Below are positions 12,501 through 25,751 of a DNA stretch of 64,000 bases, piece after piece. The position numbers and the translations under genes were made by a program. The notes beneath the pieces were generated by a model, which saw only the letters and a program-made list of their open reading frames with translations, was not told the DNA's origin and did no database searches. Each line of letters begins with the position of its first letter. Position 1 is the stretch's first letter. Source of the stretch: Octopus sinensis (lineage: Eukaryota); the NCBI RefSeq assembly GCF_006345805.1, contig NW_021829832.1, positions 434,001-498,000 on the forward strand. Reading direction: 5' to 3'.

Positions 12501-14461
12501 ATGAAGTCTTTGGAGAAAATATGCGATAATTTATCGACTTCCAAGTCGCACACTTCATTTCGGCTTTGGTTGACAAGTTATCCTTCAAATAATGTATTTA
12601 TGGTGACATGGCATGAGTCTAGTTTCCTGTTTCTATACTTCAAAATGGAGTCAAGATGACCAACGAGCCCCCAACTGGGTTGCGACAGAATCTCTTAAAA
12701 TCCTACACTAATGATCCAATTTCCGAGCCTGAATTTTTTGGTAAAATCCACGAAAATAAGAAGCACGTATTTGAATGTTTTCTTATTTTAGAAATGGTGG
12801 AAACTTATGTATTCGTTGTGCTTCTTTCATGCTTTGATTCAGGAGCGTAAGAAATTTGGTTCTTTAGGCTGGAACAACCCGTATGGCTTTAACGATTCGG
12901 ATTTGAGAATATCAGTGCGTCAGTTGAAGGTGTGACTAGATTGACATATTCAGATGTTTATTACGGAATATGAAGATGTGCCTTACAGCGCCATAAAATA
13001 TTTGACTGCGGAGTGTAACTATGGTGGAAGGGTGACGGACGAATGGGACAGAAGGACTCTTAGTGTTATCCTTGAAAGTTTTTACAATAATCAGGTTGCT
13101 TTTTTAGAAAATATATGTTAGGTCGTCGATAATAACAAATATCGTTTCTCTCCAAGTGGAGTATACTACCCACCACTAAAGAACTCTTATGAGGACTATA
13201 TTGAGTTCATAAATGTATGATGGTTTATAAATGTCGAAGAATCTTCCAAATTCCCAATCTCCAGAGGTTTTTGGAATGCATGAAAATGTGGACATTTCTC
13301 GAGAACTTCAGGAGACTAAACAACTCTTTGACTCGGTCTTATTGGTCGTCGGTACAGGTAGTCGGGGAGGATCGGCTCAGTTGGATGAGAGTGTCAATCA
13401 GGTTGCCTCCGAAATCTTAGCCAAGGTTTGAATAAATATCTAAAAATAATCTTTTCAAGCTTCCTTCCAGTTTTGACATTGAACTGGCTAATATTAAATA
13501 TCCCGTCGTCTATAATGAGAGTATGAACACAGTTCTTGTACAGGAAATGGTAAGATTTAATCGGTAGTGAGGCATATGCTGACTCTTTAGCTTAACTGCT
13601 CTAATTCGCTCAAATCTAACAGATCTCCAAAAGGCTGTAAAAGGATTAGTTCTACTCAATTCAGAGTTAGAGGAGATTGGAAATAGTCTTGTTTTTGGCA
13701 AAGTACCGTCAATTTGGAATAATAATTCGTATCCTTCTATGAAACCATTGGGGAGTTATATCAACGACTTGGTTGACAGATTGAATTTTCTACAGGTAAT
13801 ATTAACAAAAATATATTTATTATACGAGTTTGTGGTTTTGATAGTATTTGAAATTTCCTTATACTGGTATCTTTCGTTATTATTAGAAATGGTTCGATTT
13901 CGGGAAACCGAACACTTTTTGGCTTTCCGGATTTTATTTCACCCAGGCCTTTTTAACTGGAGTCATGCAGAATTATGCTCGGAAATATGTGATTCCGATT
14001 GATTTACTTACATTCGACTTTAAGGTTTGTCATTACATCACGACAAATAAGGTTATGACGCAATACACCTTGGACAGTTCAGCCGAAAACGGAGCCTATG
14101 TATATGGACTTTTCCTTGATGGAGGCCGATGGGACATTGACGAGTTAAATTTCAGTTTTTATTGAACTTAGAAACTGTTTGGTTGAGCAAAAACCAAAAA
14201 TATTGTTTGAAGAACTGCCAATAATTTGGATAATTCCTAAAAAGAAGACTGATATGGCTGTAAATGATCAGAGGTTTTTATATTCATGTAAATGTGCTTA
14301 GATACGTCTGTCCGGTGTATAAAACACTTGAAAGACGTGGAACTCTATCAACCACAGGACATTCGACTAATTTCGTGATTTCTATGCTTCTTAATACGCA
14401 AAAGCAAGCCCAACATTGGATTAAGCGCGGAACAGCAATAATATGCCAGTTAAATGACTAA
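525..14461 (+). CDS. DNAH12: Axonemal inner-arm dynein heavy chain, DNAH12-like, with roughly 60-70 mini-introns
   Basis: Spliced translation gives [25 protein letters not shown]1 [17 protein letters not shown]2 [13 protein letters not shown]3 [11 protein letters not shown]4 GVGGSGRQS, a stalk coiled coil, and the C-terminus [15 protein letters not shown]...[19 protein letters not shown] introns of about 23-34 nt restore the frame at each break except 9726-9749. One intron is GC-AG and one is 91 nt. Confidence 0.93.
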
Positions 14462-14894
14462 TTTAATATTTAACAACTAACAATATTTGGGGCTATTTTA
14501 CGTTATTTTATGACCAAAAGTGGTACATTGACATTTATCTAATAAACAAGGTGACAAAAGTGACATTGTTAGAATATTTAATAGATTTTTAAACTTTAAA
14601 ATATAACTTAAATGAGGCTTGGTTGGACAATATAAAGATTTTTTTAAGAGTAATCATATTTTCTGTTTCATATTAATATACACTACAAATCATCACTATT
14701 CTCAATTCACTAGAGAACGTCATAATTTGATTAAAAAATAAAAAACCAATTAAGGACTCGCACTTATTAAATCTCTAGTAATTGAGTTTAAATTTCAAAA
14801 ATTTCTGAATTTTTGCGAAATAATTATTGTTTCTTTTACTCGCTGAGACCACCTTTATTGATAAAAAAAAGAAACTAATTAACTAAATATTTCT

Positions 14895-16714
14895 TCTAAA
14901 TAAGTCCAGAGCCATCGAAGTGAGCAGAGGATGCCACTCCACGCACCTCCTTCCCTTCTTCCTCCTCTTCTCCGGCACTGTAGACCTCCGAGAAAGTGCA
15001 GTTCAGCGCCACTTGCTGACTAAATGTCATGAAAGGCCTGAATAGGCGAGCATCAAACGAGACACTCTCCAGAGTCCTCTTAAGAACAGTTTACTCCATA
15101 TAAGCCTGTAGAGATTTATCTACACCCAACTGTCTTAAGTACTGCTTGTGATATTTGGTGACCAGTCCATCCCATGTCATCACACACGGGATCCCCACCT
15201 CCACGATAACAATCTCCCCGGTGACCTTATCATTGATCACAATATCGGGTCTGTTGTGCTGGACAACAATCGAGGTGCGTATGGGGACATCCACTTTAAT
15301 GCACACCCGCAAGTTCTCACACACCGATTGAACTCGATGGGTTCGCAACTTTCTGGACCGCTTCAAGCCATACTTATTGCAGAGCAGAAGATGGAGAGAC
15401 CTCACCACCTCGTTATGCCTCCATGTGTAATCATGGTAAAGCATACTCCCGCACTTCGTGGCTAAATGGTCAACGGTCATTGCCTTACTCTTACAGTGGT
15501 TACACTGTTTCCGTTGACCATTAAAAAAGTTTCTATCCTGCAAATATGAGAACAACCCTTCTGATCGGGGAGAGTTATTCCCATATTTCAGCCACGTAGA
15601 TGACGACGATACGTCAATGTGCGGGTTGTCCAGGCTGCTAAAGAGAGTCTTGTGAAGGACTTTTAAGTTGATCTTTTTAATTAAGGTTCCCTCTGTTGTT
15701 TGATCAATTCCTTCACATTAACTTGGGTAGCACCAAGACCATACTTAGCCGAAACGTACCTTTTATGGTCTCTAGGTGTGTACCACGCGCTTTTTCAGCA
15801 GTAAGGATGGCAGCCTTCCTTTGGGATACACTCGACCCACTCCACAAGGTGTCGTGCATCTTAGTGAGAATTTGCTTACTTAAGTGTACGATGTTACTCA
15901 GTCCACGTCCTAGCTGTCCGCGAGATAAGTATAATCTCTCCTTATTGCTTGCCAACACGTGGACGTGATTCTCTCGGAGTACTCTTCGGACAATAAGGTC
16001 CATTTCATCGTACCTACTCGGCTCGAATTCGATCAGGCCAACGTAGTAGTTTAGTGGAGGATCTCTGAAGACCGAGCGAACAGCTTAATGTCGTCTATGA
16101 ACATGAGATGGTTGGTGCTAAAACACCCTCCTTCATGTTCGATCGACATTTGTTCGAATTGGGCAGTGAGGACTCTACTCAGCGGTTCTAGGCAGAGGAC
16201 AAACAGACATACTGTCGCCCTGTAATATGCCCTCTCTAGCTTAACCTCGCCTATATCGCATTTGTTGTAATGTAGATGCACGTTTCACCCATCCATCACA
16301 GTTGCAACAAATTTGATAAACCACGAAGGCAACTTGAACCTTCGCAGACACTCAACGAGGTAGGCATGATCAACCGAGTCATATGCCCTCTTCACATCCA
16401 CCCACATCGACACTAGTGATTTTCCGTGGGCTCTCGCGAGGAATTTGTTTATCAGTGCCTGGTCCTTAGCTCCCTGGCAATCCCGCCGGGTGTCTATACA
16501 CCTTATCGACCCCATGTGTCTTCTAGTCAGAGAGACGGGTTACTGCTTCATCGAACTTCTTTCGGATGTCAGAGACACCACAAGACTCGATCATCAAGGG
16601 AGCATCGGGTTCACAAAACGGAAACGACCCACCCTTGCGAGGACGTGCTTTCCACATACTCCCCCATGTGTCAAGCATTTCGGCTTTTTGCTAGGTACCT
16701 TACTCGCTGAGTAA
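14895..16714 (-). mobile_element. Decayed R4/Dong-like non-LTR retrotransposon (RT + CCHC + restriction-like endonuclease) with internal deletions
   Basis: RDCQGAKDQALINK, WVDVKRAYDSVDH, NHLMFIDDIKL, ERLYLSRGQLGRGL, CNHC...TVDHLATKC...YTWRHNEVVR, QHNRPDIV...EVGI. Contains stops and frameshifts and has no introns. Confidence 0.85.
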
Positions 16715-17399
16715 TAATTAGTTAATATAATTTTAAATCATAATTAATTTACCACAAATATGCAGATAATTTATTTCAGATTTAATCAGGAAAAAATAAT
16801 TTACTTTATATTAAATAGTTAACAATATTCCTGCAAAAAATGTCAAAATACAGGATCGGAAAGCATTAAACGAGATACACTTAGGAACAGTTTATTGAAA
16901 ACATTAGTCTGAACTCTATTTCTGATAACTGTAAAGACAGGCATATAAAAATGGAATTTTTTGAACGCCAAACAATTTTTGAACATTTTTGACATTTTAT
17001 ATTTTTTAAAATGTAAGGAATGTTGAATGGATATTTTTTACTTATTTATTAATTCCTGGACTATCTATCATTTTGTTTTACATGATTATTTTAAAGAAAA
17101 AACCCAATTAATGCATTGAAAATTAACAAATTAATTCCGCAATTGTTTTGTCATCCTCAACTTATCTTAGAGACTTTTGTTGTAGGAAATGAATGACCTC
17201 ACTAACATTAATCTCTTGAAAGTTTCCCATGACGCTGTTCCACTAACATGCTTTCAAAAGTTTTCTTTAGTACAATAGATTGAATATATGCTCTCGGAAT
17301 TAAATCCATATTCAAAAAATCCATATATGACTTGTAGAACTTACAATTTTCTCTCAAATAGAAACAATATGAATAATTTTAGCTTTCATGTTGTATATT

Positions 17400-17680
17400 T
17401 GAGACAGCTTTTCAGCGAGGAGATCGTATTTATGAAGATTTTCTATTTTAACCATCTTCAGCATCTCCTGAAAGGTGATTCCAACCTCAACTAAAGTAAT
17501 TTCACTTGTCATTTATTAAAAAAAATGTATCAGGCTTGTTATGTTGTACTTTGACATTTGTTATTAGGAGCTTATCGACTAGGATCTCAGCCTATATTTA
17601 CGATACAGGTTTAAATAAAGACATCTCACCACCTCGTTGTGACGTCGTTGTAATTACTATTTAAAATCTTATTGCGTCTC
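17400..17680 (-). mobile_element. Short remnant of the same R4/Dong-like family (endonuclease end)
   Basis: Fragments RRHNEVVRCLYLNL, QHNKPD and EITLVEVGITFQ on the minus strand. Confidence 0.6.
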
Positions 17681-17894
17681 TTTGTAAAATGATTGACTGT
17701 TTTTTGACAGATTTATCATTGTGTTTTACTTGATTAATTTAAAGAAAATCCCCGATTGAAGTACAAAAAATTACCAAATTAATGCTATTTGTCGAATTTT
17801 ATTTACCGCAATTGTTTTACGAAGAAAATTAGATTGGAAATTTCCATATAATTAATTTCATTATAAATTTGCTCGAATTCCGAATAAATTAGAA

Positions 17895-19980
17895 ATGGAC
17901 GATTGCAAAAATGGGAAGATTGCTGCTCATCAAGAGACATGGGGACATAAATTGGACTTTTTGGTTTCGACAATGGGTCTTTCAATTGGTTATGGAAACG
18001 TATGGCGATTTCCGTATTTGTGTTACAAACACGGAGGAGGTAGAACAGACAAATTTCATTTTAGGGGCATTTTTAATTCCTTATTTTATATCAGTGATAA
18101 TATCGGGAATACCATTATTGTACATTGAGAGTATTGTTGGACAGATGTCGAGAAGGTCGGCCCTTAAAGCCTGGACATTTACTCCGATTTTGAGTGGTGA
18201 GTAATAATTAGAACTGGGTTAGACATTTTTAGGAATTGGGTTAGCATGTTCTCTTGCAAATTTCTATCTCGGGACATTTTATATTGTTTTATTGGCATGG
18301 ACAGCATATTATCTGTTTTCATCGTTCAGAAATCCACTTCCCTGGACATTTTGTGACCCTAACTGGGCGACTAACAGATGTCGTACAAATTTCACCAATG
18401 TTTTCAACTCATCACAATTTACAGATCCCGTGAACGAGTTCTTCAAGTAAGTCTAGTCTAACATCTAATTCTAATAGTAACAAAGTACTGCAAGTGTCGT
18501 CATCCATTACGGACATTAGCGGTTTGAATTGGCCTCTTGTGGGATGCATGATTTTTGCTTATTCACTTTGCTATTTGACTATTTTCAAGGGAATAAAAGT
18601 ATCGGGAAAAGTATTAAATGGCCTAATTATGTCACAGATCATGTATGTAACAGCATTAACTCCATTTGTCCTGCTCTTTATTCTCCTCGGCCGCAGCGTC
18701 TCTCTGAGTGGTTCGATTGAAGGAATAAAATATTTTTTAAAACCTGATATTGGTAAACTGGCTTCTATTGAGGTCTAGAATTTGATGCAAAGTTTATATG
18801 CTAAATTTCATATAACTACCCTATTGGTGTTTTAGATATGGTCAGACGCTGGAACTCAAATTTTCTTTTCTTATACCTTAGCTTGTGGTGCCCTGACTGC
18901 ACTGGGGTCTCACAACAAACCAAACCACAATACCTATCGGTATTTACCACAAATTTCAAAATCTAATTAGAGATGTATATGGCTATTCTTGCATGAATTC
19001 GTTCTGCAGTATTATATCTGGATTTGTTATATTTCCTGTACTTGGGTTCATGGCAAAGCGTCAACACGTCCCAATTGATGCTGTTGCCGACTCTGGTTTA
19101 AGATTATATTAACAAATTAAAGGTCCTGGACTAGCCTTCGTGGCATATCCTAGAGCATTGGCTGAACTTCCTGTGCCCAACGCTTGGGCAATATTATTTT
19201 TCCTTTCCTTAATTTTGTTAGGAATTGATAGCGAAGTGACCACAATTTGATTACTTTTTCAGTTCGTCACATTGGAGGCTTCAGTTTTGGCAATCGAGGA
19301 TGTGATTGAAGGACGTTTAAATATAAAATATCGAAAAGAAGTCATCACATTTTTGCTCTGTTTTGTTTCTTTCCTTATAAGCCTATCCATGGTCACCGAC
19401 GTATGGCTTTGCATAATAAAATCCAGGGCGGAATTTATGTTTTTGAAATTTTTAATTACTTCCCGGTCAGTAAAATGGTTGTCTTTGTGGGACTGTTGGA
19501 AGGAGTGAACATTGTTTTCGTATACGGTAAATGTGCCTTTCTTGACTCCTGGACAGGATTTAACCGACTGGCTGAAGATATGAAAGTTTTAAATATGAAA
19601 GTCCCGGGACCAATATTCAAATGGATTATCATCGTTTTGACCCCAATTTATACTTTGGTGATCATAAATTAATTAATATTTTAGATAATTTTTATTTTGA
19701 GTTCAATAACATCCGATGACATTGTGTACGGAAATTACAAATTCCCGGCCTGGTCCATTGGTGTCGGGTGGATACTTTCTGGTTCTATCGCACTTCCCAT
19801 TGTTGTATATCCCATTTACCACATGTTCCAATATAAAGAAAAGACACTCATTCAGGTAGTGATGCCCAGAGTTGAATATATTAGAAATTTAAAACCTTGT
19901 TTGAATGTACGAGTATTCTTCCCGAAGAACTTGTGGGACAAATAAATAAATCATCACAAATTAAATTATCTTCCTTATAA
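17895..19980 (+). CDS. SLC6/SNF sodium:neurotransmitter symporter
   Basis: [37 protein letters not shown]|[29 protein letters not shown] and [10 protein letters not shown] are present. About 13 mini-introns. Subfamily not assignable. Confidence 0.9.
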
Positions 19981-20429
19981 AGCTTATCCGCTATTTACTA
20001 ATCTTGACTCTTTTGTTTAACTAACTCTCTTTCTTTTGGTTTTTATTTGGATCTCAAAGTCATTTCAGTTTAGAAAACAAAGTTAAAAGAGTATTATCTA
20101 TTTAATTGCTAGAATTCAAAATCAAGTTATAATTTTAGTTAGAACAAGGAAACCCAAAAATCAAGATTCCAAAAAATTTAAAACCCATTCTCGAGCAGAA
20201 TAATAATTTAGTAGCAAAAAATCTTTATCGTAAAATTTTATTTACAATTCTCTTGAATTTGCCAATCCTCAGATTTGCTAATTTCTAAAGAAATTTTCTA
20301 ATTTTAATAAAATTTTGCCACCATTTTTTAGTCTTTAAAAAATTATTGAAAATTAAAACAATATTTTACTACTATGCCTCTCCCTGATTTTACTGGTCAA
20401 TACAAGACTTACCATCGAACAAAAAGTGC

Positions 20430-22100
20430 AAATCTTGCGTTGTAGGGATGACAACAACTTATTAAAGTATTGCCGATGACTTTTCCCTTTTGTCTAAATT
20501 GAACATTCGCGCAAGGACAGTTAACGTTATTTTAAAGAAGTCGTAAGTCAATTCTGGAACAATTTAAAATAAAACCTCCTCTCCTTCGCTAGCCACGATT
20601 GTTAAACAAGAACTGGGTTTGTACGATCTGAATTGTTTTACTCTTCGCCGGCTTGAGGACTATCTCGCTAAATCAGAGCTGTCCACTAGCCATTCTTCCA
20701 ATCAGGCGCCTGCGCCGGCAAACGATGATGACTACCTTTGCAGAAAGGTGAATAGTAAACTTTTGGATGGCGATGTTCGCGGTGCTGTCAGGCTTGTCGC
20801 TTCAACAAGTTCTCTTTTGTCTTCTACCGTCTTGAATTCTCTCAAGGACAAACATCCCCCTCAGCCCAACGACTTCAGACCTCAGCCGTCCCCTGGCTCC
20901 CTTGCTTTCAATCCTCTCGTTGCTACGGAAGCTGTCGTGCTGAAAGCCCTAAGGAGTTTTTCTTCAGGCAGCAGCAGGGGGGGTAGATGGCTTGAGACCC
21001 GGTCATCTAAAAGACTTGACTTCTTCTATGACCGCATAAGCTGGACGGAAACTATTACGCTCAATTACCAATCTCTGCAACCGTTTTATCTCCGGTTCGC
21101 TTCCTGATTTTGCTCGCGGTATCTTTTTTTCTGCAAACTTTACTGTCCTCGGGAAGAAGGACAACGGCGTAAGACCCTTCGCTGTGGGAAATGTTTTCCG
21201 GAGGCTCTCCGCTAAGCTTCTCTGTCATGCCATTGTCCCTTTTCTGCCCGCTCAACTTGGTGTCGGCGTTTCCAATGATTCCATTCGTGAGCTGTTAGAA
21301 TCTTCCGAGGAGTTTATCATGGTCAAACTGGACGTATTTAATGCTTTTAACTCCATCAGACAGGATCACTTACTGGAGCGGTGCCTCGAAATGACTCCTT
21401 TCGCATATCCCCTCGTAAATCCCGCTTACGCATCCCTAAGCATACTTATTTTTTGACGACGTTCCTATCACCTCGTCTACTGAGGTCCAGCAAGGCGATC
21501 CTCTGGGTCCTGTGCTTTTTGCCCTAGGCGTTAATAGCATTGGCGATTCTGACCGATCCCCTGTAAACATTTGGTACCTGGACGATGCAACTATTTGTGG
21601 TCCTCCCGAAGTGGTTTTTGATGACCTCCGGATTATTCTTCCGTCCCTCTCGGCCATTGCCCTATCCGTTAATGCAAATAAATCCGAAATAGTAAATATC
21701 CACCTTCATTAAAGTTTATTCTCTGCTGCCTTTTCCATTTGCCGCAATATTCTTCCAGACGTTCGTATTACCGAAAAGTCAAAAATCCCTTATATGGGAT
21801 TCTATTTGCTGTGACACATTTTCCAACGGGAACCTAGCCATGTCGGCCGTCGACCCAGGTTTTGCTTCCAATCGCGCTGAAGATCTCAAAATCCAGAAGT
21901 ACGGTCACCTCTCTAGTTTTGTTTTCACGCTCAAGTCGCCTTGTTTCCTACGTGGTTTGGGGAAGAAGAATCTCCAAAAGAAGGGACGACCCGAGAGAGT
22001 CCTTTTGGATTCTTCAACGCTTCTCCATTGCCGTAATCCGCGGCAACTGTTTCGCAATCCGTGAGGGCGTCCTAAACTGGGTAGTCTTTAACAATCTTTC
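20430..22100 (+). mobile_element. Decayed CRE/SLACS-like non-LTR retrotransposon
   Basis: LLDGDVRGAVR, GVRPFAVGNVFRRLSAKL, QLGVGV, KLDVFNAFNSIRQD, VQQGDPLGPVLFALGV, WYLDDATICG and AEDLKIQKYGHL. Frameshifted, no introns. Confidence 0.8.
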
Positions 22101-22421
22101 TCCTTTTCTAATTAAAGTAATTTAGTTTCCAAAAAAAATTTATCCAGAGTATTGTGAACAATCGATTAATGTCAATATCACTGGGGTTTCAAAATTACGA
22201 GTGAAAAAATCATGAATTTAAACACACAAAAGTGGAAAATTATGTCTGGAAATCCCAACAGTGTTTAAATGATAATAAAATATGCTTTTCCCTGTTCACA
22301 ATAAACTTTGGTGAACTCAAATATTTTACCATAAAGAAATAGTTGAAATAAACCTAGTTTGATATTTGATTAATTAACATAAAAAAATCAAAACAACGAT
22401 TTATGAAACATTTTTTAAACG

Positions 22422-22595
22422 TTATTGCCAGAAAAGGCCTCTCCTGAGCAGAATTTCGTCCTTTCTTAGAGCCCGTGGGTCTCGACAGCAGAAACTCGAA
22501 ATATCCCGACGGAATGATATTTTTTTCCATTTCAGAAGAGAAAACCCCTTGTAAATCACCTGTGTAGAATCCTTTAACAATCTAGTAAAAACCAT
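22422..22595 (-). CDS. Possible 57-aa small ORF of unknown function
   Basis: MVFTRLLKDSTQ...LLRRGLFWQ* fills a GC-richer island that ends at its stop codon. No homology recognised. Confidence 0.25.
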   Translation of the reverse strand: MVFTRLLKDSTQVIYKGFSLLKWKKISFRRDISSFCCRDPRALRKDEILLRRGLFWQ

Positions 22596-22638
22596 CTTAT
22601 TTTTGTTTTTAATCGCTAAAATTTCCAATTCAAAAAAA

Positions 22639-22927
22639 TTAAATATCATCACGTGGAGGGGGAGGTGGGCCACACGGTTGGAGCATTCTCTGAAGCATGC
22701 TAAACCTGACCCGCGATTTGCTCTCGTTTTCGGCAATCGACATGTAACTGAGCAAATCAAAGTGACCCATGTAGGAGGCATAACTATCTCGGTGATGATT
22801 TGTAACGAATTCCCACTAATTCACTTATGACTTTAATTTATACTTTATTCATATCAGAATGGCCTGTCCCCACATATTTTGACTGTAAATGTTCCAATCT
22901 AGTATTAATATTGTAGCGGTCGCCCAT
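22639..22927 (-). CDS. SF3B5: Splicing factor 3B subunit 5 (one 28-nt intron), missed by the ORF track
   Basis: MGDRYNINTRLEHLQSKYVGTGHSDMNK|WEFVTNHHRDSYASYMGHFDLLSYMSIAENESKSRVRFSMLQRMLQPCGPPPPPRDDI*. Confidence 0.95.
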
Positions 22928-23020
22928 CACAAAAAGACACCAGAATATATTTGTTCAAAATTTATTATAAATATTTAATTAATATATAATCTATTTTACT
23001 TAAATTTGAAAAATTTAAAC

Positions 23021-23148
23021 CATTGTCTGTGTCCCGTTGTCTATGACTCCGCGGATTTCAAATCCAAGAAGAACAATAGGAAAGGACTCCGAAAAAGAGG
23101 CACATATTTCATCTTTATATCCTCTGTCTAGGAAGATACAAAGATTGC
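23021..23148 (-). ncRNA. Candidate box H/ACA sno/scaRNA
   Basis: Folded by eye: hairpin 1, then AGAUGA (H box), hairpin 2 with an internal pocket, and ACA followed by 3 nt. There are 14 nt from the upper-stem base to ACA. Length 128 nt. Confidence 0.35.
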
Positions 23149-23239
23149 TTTTTAATTTTTATTTACTTATTTAAATATAATATTTTAAAAATATGTTTAA
23201 AATATTTTATTTTGTTGTGTGACCACCTTGAACTCGGAA

Positions 23240-25071
<1,832 letters not shown>

Positions 25072-25751
25072 ATTTACAATTATTTTTGAGGCAAAATATT
25101 TAATTAGTTTTATGATAAAATGTTTCTTCTGAGAATTTGGAAGCTTAGTGTCATTTATTTTGTTGATGTATTTTTCTCAATCAATTATTTCGGAATTTTA
25201 AAAGTGTATTTTTAAGATAATGTTCTTACTCTATGATGAATTCCAAATCTTATTTGTTATCAATGGATAGATCGCAAATAAGAGATAAATATATTTAAGA
25301 GTAACAGCAAATAATCGCATTAAATCGAATATCGTGGCTACTCCCAAAAGGTGGATATTTCAATACGCATTTTGATTGTTTCCCAGCACAATAATTTCAA
25401 AATTGTGCTCCATAATAGGATTAGATGACAAAAAAATTTTAGGAGATATTACACCAAAAATCCTTTCCTACTTAGCCAACGTTTCTTGAAAATTATCTAT
25501 ATATTTTTCTAAAAATAAAAATTTTCTATGATAGACAAACAACAATTGAATGATTAGTTTACATGTCAATCGGTTTTATTTCTCGCTTTAATTTCTTCTT
25601 TTAATGTAGAGGCTTTTAAACTAATCTGTTATCAAAATCTAGAATTATTCACAACGTGAGTAGTTCCAATGTTTTATCGTATAGAACAGCGTCGTCGCTA
25701 CTGTTAATTATACTTGTAATGAAAAATAACAAATTCATTGAACATGTTATA

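Noticed and set aside
13796-13886. 91-nt dynein intron (also 63-64 nt introns in SLC6 and SNW1) as nested or recursive mini-introns or a hidden microexon
   Set aside because: There is no internal AG|GT ratchet point, and no microexon flanked by two normal-sized introns keeps the frame.
25140-25750. Possible hidden minus-strand gene between DDX41 and KIF6
   Set aside because: No set of mini-introns gave an open frame longer than about 46 aa.
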